DNA of 64,000 nt. Origin: Elsinoe ampelina. Its lineage: Eukaryota. Where the stretch lies: assembly GCA_010093995.1 (NCBI GenBank), contig ML992512.1:725781-789780 (forward strand), given 5' to 3'. Made by a program: the position numbers and the translations under genes. Below the pieces are notes generated by a model, which searched no databases, was not told the DNA's origin, and worked only from the letters and a program-made list of their open reading frames with translations. Shown here in pieces: positions 50,207-59,678 of this stretch; within the stretch, counting starts at the first letter, position 1, and each line of letters begins with the position of its first letter.

Positions 50207-50687
50207 GATAAGTAGGGAGGGGACAGGCACTTACCGGAAGTGAGTCTGCTAGTAGGGAAAGGAAGGAAAGGTGACCAATTCTGGATGGATGGGAAGGCAC
50301 AATGATATAGTCGGTCTGAAACACGGAGACTCGAACAAAGCAAACCGCGACGGCAAAGACAAGTGCCACAAAGAAATCTGACCGATGGATATCTTTCTGA
50401 TTCACCTTCCTTTGTCACTTGATTGTGTCGAGTTTGTCGAGATCAGAGCAGATTTTCCTTTGTCCTCAGGCGGCATCGGTATGATACTACCGCTTTCCTG
50501 TGCCATTACACAAAGTACGCAGGTCAGTGAGCGAGATTCGGGACTTCTAATACTATGGTTCGCATCCAATTTCCAAAATCAGGCAAAGTTGTGTTTGGCG
50601 CAGATCTCGAAGTTCCAACTTAACACCAACGAGCGCTTACTTCGACTGTACTTGCCAGCTAGGTTTCCTTTTGAACGCTACTCTTGT

Positions 50688-51626
50688 CTAGTGCAGCGAA
50701 GCGGATCGGACTCCAGGTAAGCCAGCAGGTTTCTCTACATATAAATGGAGCTTCCTCTCGATGATACCAAGGATCTTGAGAACGATGTCAGAGGTAAGAT
50801 AGTCTGATGCGTCTTCACGGGGAGCAAGCTGGGTGTCGATGATCCGCGATAGCTTAGCTCTGGTTTCGTCCTCCATCCACTGCCTCTCTTCTGACCTCCA
50901 ATCAGCGTAGCGGCCGGACTAATTAGTACTGTTCTCCCATCTGAAGTCCGCGGAGACTGTCCGTGGCAGTACCAGCTCTAGAGTGATGTTCACCATATTC
51001 ACCATGTACTGTCTCTGGCCATGGAAAACCATCAAAGATCCACTTCTCCCAACGCCCAACCTAAGTCGTACAAGTCGGTGATTAATACTGGACTGAGTGA
51101 AAAGCAAGTCCTTAGCACGAAGTGGCTCTGAATGTCGAGGGTTTCCTTCTGAGTCGATCTGGAGGCAAAGTTGGCAATACTCTTGCATCTCAAGACGCAC
51201 TTTCCGGTTTAGTCTTGCGAAGTGGCCCACTTGGTTTGTCACCGTCAAGCCCATATCGGTGCGAGTGATTTCGATGCAAGAAAGGCTTCGCTTGGCTCCA
51301 TCTGTTTTCTCATAGCAACCGTGAATTATATCTCGGACTTCCCGTGGCAAGTATAGGAGGCCTGTTCTCACATCATTTGGGACGGAGGAAGCCTGATCTA
51401 CCAGTCGAGTTTCCAAACCGAAAAACCTTGGAGTCGACTCGGGTCGTTGAATTGAGAAGCGTGTAGTTCCTTGATTGGTGCTGGCTAGACTTGCGCCCAG
51501 CTCTGGCGCTTCGTTGGACTCGAGTGTTGATTTCAAGCGTGCGACTTTCTGTTCGCATGGTCGTTGCATGGCTCCCTCGTCCTTGAACCCAGTCTCGGGT
51601 CCTCTTTGCCACGACTTGAGGGTCAT
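50688..51626 (-). pseudogene. F-box-like orphan, array copy 2, interrupted by a single in-frame TAG (50919-50921)
   Basis: LLYLPREVRDIIHG ... FARLNRKVRLEM. The same frame continues past the stop to LTSDIVLKILGII. Confidence 0.5.
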
Positions 51627-52373
51627 CCGGGTGACATGGTCGAATCACGCAGTGGGATGCAGGTAGATCACGCGAGGAAGTTGCGGGACGACAATGAGAT
51701 CGACAGCGTCCAACGCACAAGAGGAGTGGTGATGGCACGCGTGGAAGACAACGTCTTTTCAGGCGGCGGCGTTTCGTGCACAACGCTGGTGACGACAAAC
51801 GAAGTATCTCCCGGCACAAGGGGCTTGATCGAGGTCTTATGTGGTACACTGCGCTACAATCATGCAGGTTGAAGCACATCGCAGGATCATCTTGGCATTG
51901 GGATCAGTGTATTGTGACAAATCAATGTATGAAGGGCTCCTCAACGACATCCTCATTGTCATCTCAGACTGGTGCACTGGACGTGTTCCCAGTCGCTGAG
52001 CTCATCTCTTATGCAATTGAATCTCCTTGGGCCTTCAGGGGACTACGCAATCAACCTTACAGGTCCACCGAAGTCACCTCCAATCATATTTTGAACCTGA
52101 GTTATCATGCTCCTATTGATTGTTCCAATCTTTACGCAGTGCTATTCCTTTTTCCCGATCTACACTCCGTCGAATGCCCGCACCGAATGACGCGCGCAAG
52201 AGACCCTCAAGACTACCCCGCCGTCCACACCTGCTGAGGAACAGTCGTGCTGACACATTCGAGGATCACCGGCCTAAAATAGCATTGCCAAAAGCCCTTC
52301 GCATGACTCAAGTGTATATCTGGCTCCAAATGCGGTGTGCCTTTGCCAGAAGACCATCCCTCGCGCACAAGAA

Positions 52374-53309
52374 TCACCAGGAAGAGATGGGCATATGAAG
52401 GGCGATCCACCATTGTTCATACTGTCCTGCAGGAGGTCCTTCGTCAATCGTGATCCCAACCTCACGTCCCAGAATGTCCAGAATCGCAAGTATGGCGTCA
52501 TCCGATAGCCGATGCTCCTTTGGTGGGGCGCGAGCCACAGCTGACTGGACAGCGGCATTCATCGCGTTGAGATAGCAAGCCTGGCCCCTTACAGCGAGTT
52601 CCTCAGCCACTGCCTGAGCGTGGGGGCGGAGAGGACGATAGCGCCTTCGCAGAAACGCGAACGAACTCATAATCTTGTGGGCGTAGGGTGGTTCCGCCTT
52701 CCCGAGTACAGAGACGGCGTTCGACGCGTTGATGGTAGCGTGGAACTTCAATTTTGGATTGGTGCATATGACTCTCCATCCACCTTCGCGATGCGCGCCA
52801 TTATGGAGCATCACACTGGCGCTCGTAAGGGATAGATGCTTGCTGGGGAGATTGTATGCAATCCACCGATTGACACGCCTGAAGTCGATGGGGTAAACGA
52901 GACCGGTTATGTGTAAGGCTGGAGTACAGAAATCAAGAATCTCTGCTCGGAGCTGTCTATTTGAATGAGCCAGAGAACCGGGCGGGAAGGCCAACTCGAG
53001 CTTCTTGTACCCGGCGTGAATGTAGAGGTAACAGCGGACCTGGTCTCTTCTGGAAAGCTCGACCGGATCGGTCGCAGAGGAAGACTCGTATGCCGGCAAG
53101 ACATGGCCGAATATCATGCGCCTGATCTCGAGAGGGAGATTCACAAGGGTTGACGCATCATTCTTTGTCGCCGAGCTCTTCTTTGTGAAACGGGGGCTGG
53201 TCCTGGTCGGTTTGGTGATGCTCTTGACTCGTCGGGCACGTTTCGCGGATTGTTCTCCAGTGGCGAGATCTGCTGAAGGCATTGCGATCGCTTTGCGTTT
53301 CTTAGCCAT
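52374..53309 (-). CDS. F-box-like orphan protein with basic NLS-like N-terminus, array copy 3
   Basis: MAKKRK..., LVNLPLEIRRMIFGH ... LAHSNRQLRAEI ... LSDDAILAILDIL. Confidence 0.65.
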   Translation of the reverse strand: MAKKRKAIAMPSADLATGEQSAKRARRVKSITKPTRTSPRFTKKSSATKNDASTLVNLPLEIRRMIFGHVLPAYESSSATDPVELSRRDQVRCYLYIHAGYKKLELAFPPGSLAHSNRQLRAEILDFCTPALHITGLVYPIDFRRVNRWIAYNLPSKHLSLTSASVMLHNGAHREGGWRVICTNPKLKFHATINASNAVSVLGKAEPPYAHKIMSSFAFLRRRYRPLRPHAQAVAEELAVRGQACYLNAMNAAVQSAVARAPPKEHRLSDDAILAILDILGREVGITIDEGPPAGQYEQWWIALHMPISSW

Positions 53310-53708
53310 GATGAACGTCTTTCTCTTGGATGGAGCGATTCAAAAGGATGATTGATGGTAGTATCAATCGTCTGTGCAGTGATCTGGAGATAGAAGTAAA
53401 GTGTCACGACGTAACTTGGATGATGTGGTTGTAGAAGTGTGAGTGTAGCTTACCGGAGCTGGTGACGTTGGCTTTGGTGTTCTGAGCACGTGACTCGCGC
53501 GCGGGAGTTCGGGTCATGTGTCGTCGGTCGCAATGGTCCGTATTTTGCTGGACCGCCATACGTCTTTGTCGAAGACCGGCAGGACGCTCTTTGTCTTTCC
53601 CTCGCCAGCTCGCGCACTCCACACCTTCGCGTTTGATCGCATGTCTAGATATGCAGACTCGATGGACTGGATCCAGCCATCTCCACATGAAGGTCTGTGT
53701 CCTAGCCC

Positions 53709-54734
53709 TCAGCACACGCCTCCAACGGACCGATGGATGTAGATCGGTGCAGCTTCGTATCTCTTGCCGGGTCGATGTAGGACTGGTGGTCTAGCAGCCA
53801 GGCGGTCCATGATGTTCAGTACGGCATCTGACTCGAAGTGGGCCCTACCGGCGGCATGATAGAACGCCAATTCATCTTTCGCAACCTCGGTGTAGTGAGC
53901 GATACAATGAGCGACAATCTTGCGTTGATCCTTGCTGCTGAACTCGTCCAATGAGCTGCTATCGTCACTGTCGTGGCTACTACCAGAGTCATCATTGGCG
54001 GCCGAGGAGCTCACCATGGAGCTGTCGCTGTCTGAAGATGGCATGTGGAGTGCCACTGTGTCTGCCGTGGGAGTCTGAGCCCCAGGCTCGTCACCAGTCG
54101 ATTCGTCCTCGTACTCCACCTCGCCTTCGAAATATGTGACCTGCACGGCATCAGGGAATCCCATGTCAAGTCGAAAGCAGAACTCCATGGTGAGGTTGTC
54201 TTCGTCTCCCAAATCTGAGTCCGCCTCCTCGGCGATACGGATGAAGTCGATCCGTAGTCTTCCGAATCGCTTTCAAGCAATTTTCGCTTCATGACGCAGC
54301 AGCCACCTGTCAAGATGTCTAATGGTCGGCCGGTCGTCTGATATCCTGAGATACAGCATGGGCGAGTACATGGCATTCAGCTCTGCTCGCAGCTGACGAC
54401 TGGCTTTTGATAAGACAGCATCAGACGTGACCACTTCCCATTCATTCTCCCAACAAGTCACCATTGTCACTGAGTGCACAAGCTGATCAAATACATGATC
54501 GCCGGAGTTGTATTCAAAGATTTCATCCGTGATAGCCAGGCAGTGGTAGCGATAAATCATGTGCCGTATCTCTATTGGCAAAGAGAAGAACCCTAGTCCA
54601 TTCCCATCACTTGCGGCTTGGTCGGGTTGAGTCCAATCCGAGCATGAGACGAGCGCAGGTGAAGTGGCATGAATAGCATCATCCGTACCCGACCGGCAGC
54701 CTTTCAAGGAGATCTTGTCTCGTGCTGTGACCAT
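53709..54734 (-). pseudogene. F-box-like orphan, array copy 4, interrupted by a single in-frame TGA (54273-54275)
   Basis: FFSLPIEIRHMIYRY ... LSKASRQLRAEL. The same frame continues (KRFGRLRIDF...) to FESDAVLNIMDRL. Confidence 0.5.
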
Positions 54735-55111
54735 GTTTGCCGTCTTCAATCTGGGACGAGTATGACATCCCCAGCGCAAGCTTGATTACGGATTTCTCAA
54801 GTATGATCGTGTCGGTTTCGACCCTCGCTCGTCCCTCTACAGTCCTCGGTTGTGGTGCGGTACCTCAAATGCAACGCTTGTGTGGATATCACTTGGGACG
54901 AATCGCAGAGATTGCTCCGATTGACACACATCCCATCGGACCGTCGCCGACATCCAATGGTGTATGATCAAGACAGTGATAAAGGCAGAGATACTGCGTC
55001 CCGCCGCGCCCGCCTCCATCTCCGAAATTCGGCCCTTCAATCGCGACCCCACCAATCTTCACATTCCTACCAACATCAACATCACCATCCAACCTCCCTT
55101 CTCAACCCAAC

Positions 55112-55736
55112 ATGCACGACGAACGTAAGCCTCCCTCTGCCTCCCCCTCATCCCCTTACCCACCCATCTGACGCAGCCCCAGCATCCCCCCTCCTAGCCC
55201 AAGTCCCCCTCACCGTCTCCCCCTTCATCAACCTCCCCAAACCCCCCACCCTCCCACACAACTACGCCTCCCTCCCCTCGACCCTTCCCCCCTCCATCCT
55301 CAACACCCCTCCCACCAACCCGACATCCCCGTCCCCCCCACCGCCACCACCCTACGTCACAGCCCCCAACTCCACCTCGGGCTTCTCCGCCCACCCCAGC
55401 CAGATCATAGCGCAGAACACGGCTCTCCTCGCGCGTCTACGCACCACGGAAGCCGAAGCCGGGGAGAAAGTCCAACAGTGGGAGCGCGAGATCAGGGAGA
55501 GGGAGTTGCAGGAGAAGCGAAGGCGGGCGCCGGGGTGGTTGGATCGGGATGAGAAGATGTTGAGTCCGGCGAGGAAGGGGCCGGGGGATTTGTTGGGGGG
55601 TGAGGGGGGGGAGGGTGAGCAGGATGTGGGGAGGGGGCGGGACGAGGGGCCAGGTGAGGTGGGAGGGCGGGGACAGAAGGGGCGGGGAGGGGAGTTGGGG
55701 GCGATGATGGATAGGGCTTTTGGAGGTTTGGGTTGA
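55112..55736 (+). CDS. Hypothetical Pro-rich/coiled-coil protein; intron 55125-55176
   Basis: ATG CAC GAC GAA C|GTAAGC...CTGAC GCAG|CC joins the long frame. Ends with ERELQEKRRRAPGWLD and MMDRAFG. Confidence 0.6.
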
Positions 55737-56169
55737 GTTGTCCTCTTGAAGGTCCGGACAGCAAAAGTAGGATATCTGGTACACCAGGAAGCGGCTGGTT
55801 CGCGACACATCACTGATCAGAGCACATGCTACGGGCTGTGTTCGAAGATCAGGCTCTGGTCAAGAAGCGTCGGCCAGGGGAGTCGGCTTCAGAACGTCAA
55901 GGGTGTAGAGGTCAGAAGTGGGGTCAGCACGGCAAGCAGGAAGTCGTGTCGTGACAGGGAGGATACTGCTATACTACAAGCTCAGAGCACTTGGCAGTAG
56001 GGATAGACATCGTACAAGACAGCCAGATACAATTTTTGGGCAACGCTATGCAAGCTACATACATCATGAGCAACATCCAATCATGACCAAACATAAGCTT
56101 CCTTCTCCTCTGCTCACCTTCCATCCCCCCTCAATATCAGTCCCCTCACCCACTCCCTTCCCTGTGTGC

Positions 56170-57565
56170 TCAACCCCCATCCTCCCCACCCACGGCTTCA
56201 ATCTCCCTCAACGCCTCCAGTGCCTCCCCCACCTCATCCTCCCTGACAATCACATTCCCCGCCTTTGCCGTCGACAAATAACTCATATTAAACCCCATCC
56301 CCTTGTCCCCCGCGCCGAGCCCATGCCCCACCCCGTTCCCATTCCCATTCCCATTCACCCCCTTCCTCCCAACCCACTCCCCCCTCTCCCCCCCTCCCAT
56401 AGCCTCCAACAACCTCCCCGCAACCCCGCACACAATCCCCGTGCTCTCATCCGGCAACCCCCTCAAGTCCAAAATAATCGGCACCGTCACCTCATCGCTC
56501 AACAGCAACACCTCCGAACCCTCGCCTGCGCGGCCGGAGAAGCCCATACTGCTGTCCCCCGGGAACAACCTCAGTAAATCCCGGTCCATGGTGAGGGAGA
56601 GACTGTCCACGTCCGTCAAGGTGAGGGACAAGAAACGCGGTGTGATGGGCGATATGAGCGCCGCGGTGATGTAATGCGTCAGTCGCGCTTGGGTGCCGTG
56701 GTCTGCGCGGTGGGCGGCCGCCGACGCCAGGCGGAGCGTCGTGTCCAGGACGGGGTGGATGCCGGAGCGACGGAGGAGGGCGAAAGTGCGGAGCTGCCAT
56801 TCGTGGATGGACGTGGCGGGGGGAGTGGTGGGGGATCGGCTGGCGGGGCGGGGGAAGAAGTCGAAGCCGTTGGCGCCGTTGGAGTTGCTGGACGAGTGAT
56901 GGTGGTGGTGCGGGAGGGAGGGGGAGTGGGGTGTTTTGTGGTGGTGGGCGTGGAGCGGGGAGGATATATTGGTCATTTGGCTGTGGCCGTTGGGTTGGGG
57001 TTCGAAGGCGAAGCCCTGCGATTCCAGGGCGGTGACGACGGTGGAGCGGGATTTCTGTGGGACGAGGACAAAGTCGGAGTAGTAGGATGTGATGAAGAAG
57101 ATGGAGATACCGGCGAGGGCGAGGGGGGCGGTGAGGTCGAGGACGCGTTGGCCGGCTTCGGTGCCTTCGCCTCCGACGGCGATGACGACGTAGTCGTCTC
57201 GGGAGATGGAGATTTCTGATTGTGCGGATGAGGAGAGGGAGTAGATGATGGGAGTGAACAGCTCCGTGATGAGGTGGCGAGGACAGACTATTGAGCACTC
57301 GATTGTGGTGACGGAAATATTGGCAAACGGGTAGGAGAATGCCCATGGCCGACGAGGAAGGCCATCTTCATCTTCTTCGTCTACTCCAACGAGAGCGAGG
57401 AGCTGCAAGATAGGCTGTATGAAGTGCGGATAGAGCTTCAGAGGGATGTGTATCAAGGCAAGCCTGGTGTTCTGGTGGTCATTAGCGATGGTTGTCAGAC
57501 AAGAATATTGCATGGCGTACCAGAAATTGAATCTGAGCATTGATAAGTGTGAGAGACCGATCCAT
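56170..57565 (-). CDS. CASTOR/GATS-like ACT-domain protein; intron 57472-57520
   Basis: FANISVTTIECSIV, ACT motif LTAPLALAGISIFFITSYYSDFVLVP, FLSLTLTD...SLTMD, and ESTGIVCGVAGRL...MSYLSTAKAGNVIV. Confidence 0.8.
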
Positions 57566-59678
57566 AGTGCTTGTATACTCTGATGATGCTCTGGGTGGTT
57601 GGGACAACCTTTGCCACGCAGTGACAGTTAGGCTCTTTTGACTGACAGACGTCCGAGAAAGTGTGCTCGAAAGGCTCAAGATAAGTGTGATATAGTCCTT
57701 GAACGAGTGACGAGTATCAGCGATTGGTGTTTTCTTGTCCAACTGGCCAATGGACTCGGGATGTCATAGTAATACAGTGGATCCTTTGAAGTGGAGCTCG
57801 TGTTGGGAGGACCTATCCCGAATGCAAGACCCGAGGACGACTATCTATGCAGACGTTCGGTTCGATGTTGTCTCAGATAAGTCGGTGGGTACCAAGTATT
57901 TGCAGAGGTCTAGACGAACAAAGAGCAAAGAGATTCCAATATGTAGGCGTCCGAGTCGTAGCGTCAAATGATGTAGAGTCCAGCCGACAACGTACAGCGG
58001 CCAAGCATGCAAGAGGCGCCTCAAATGCGGAGTATGCGTCTGGGTGGCTTGTAGCGACGTCAGACGTACAGTGGGAGTAGTCCTGTTCCTGATGGGCGTC
58101 GAAGATGGAGTCGACCTGGCACGTCACGTCGGGTCAGAAGTCCTCCCTGGTGTGGTCTTGTGGTGATGCCCGGAGAGGAGTGAGCTGCTGCGTGGGGGTT
58201 TCGGCTCGAAGCGGTCCAATAGAGGGGTAAATTGGGTGGATGGGTGTGAGGCTCTAGCTGGGGTGAAGAGCAGCGTGGGTTTTAGCCAAGTAGGACCTGC
58301 ATATCTTGAGTCGAGCGTCAATAGGACACGGGAAGTGCGATATATGAAAGTGGTGGTGGTACAAAGGAGAAGTCAAAGATGGACACGATTGAATGTCTCA
58401 ACCTGTTACCGTATCCCTCACCAGTCAGACCTCGAGTCCGTTATCGCAGCAAATTCTCCGAGTCTGGCCGTGAATCTGGGGCTCTACCAGAGTTTGAGAG
58501 CAACAGTGGAACGAACCACAACCGTGTGGTGAGATAGTTCAAGCCATGGCATGCGGCCAGGCACAACTTCGGTCGTTGAACTCGAGACCCTCTTTGGATG
58601 ATGCCATGATCCGAGCCGTGCGCAGTGGCATCCCCCGTCTTTGCTCTACATGCAGCATCTGCACGAGCGACTGTGCTCGAGCTTGAATAGCTGCATCCTG
58701 CGAGTTTCTGTGACGTGGGAGGAGGAATTGATGCGTGATGTCTGGACGCGGGGTTGGTCGGCAGTCGGTGCGATTTGAGTGGGATGGAGGCAATATCTGA
58801 CGAATAGAATCGGCCACTGGAAATTGCTATCAGAGGCCGCGCTATGCAGGTCATCTGGCGTCGCCTCCGGAGTCTGAAGAGTGGCCCGTCTAGGGCACGA
58901 CAAAAAGGAATGGCCGGCCTGACTCCTGCTCAGCCCGCCGTCGGTCGATCGCCCCCGACCTGATGGACCGCAGACGGTGATTTTCATCAATTTTTGGCGT
59001 GGGATAGCTGCAGGAACGTGTGCCGTCGGGAATATGAGGTCTTTATACGTGTGTCGATGCGAGTGCTGGCCACGGCTACACGCGGTTGCTGCACTCGTCT
59101 TCTCCCTCTGCCGTGAACGCACCATGACGAGATATTCATCCCTGATGCAGTCCACCACGGTCCGTCACACTTCTGCGCTGTATTCACCCGACATGCATTC
59201 AACATCCTCTATCTTTATCCCGACGATCGTGATGGTCAGGCCCGTCCCGGCAATCGACCGAGAATCTTTGGTCAAGGCATACCAGGTATCGAGGACAATC
59301 ACACGACATTGAACATGCGAGTAGCAAAATACGCTGATCAATCCATAATAATCTTATACAAGAATCAGAAGATACTTCTCCGCCACCTACTCCATCGCTC
59401 CTCTATATCCCAGACCAACCGTAATCCCGCAGAAACCCTATCAAACCAGTCGTTCCAGGCCCAAAGGCCTCAGACACTACACGCACTAAATACCAAGTCA
59501 GCTCCAACCCTCACCCTTCTCGTCCCTTCCGACTCACCTGGAAATAATAAGGATTCCACTCCTTGCACTCACTCCCCTCCGCACACTGGGCCTTTCCTCC
59601 CTGAAACCCAATCCCTCCGCAACGAGCATACTACACAATCACGGTCAGCCATCTTCTTCCCCTGGGAATGGTAGTCTG

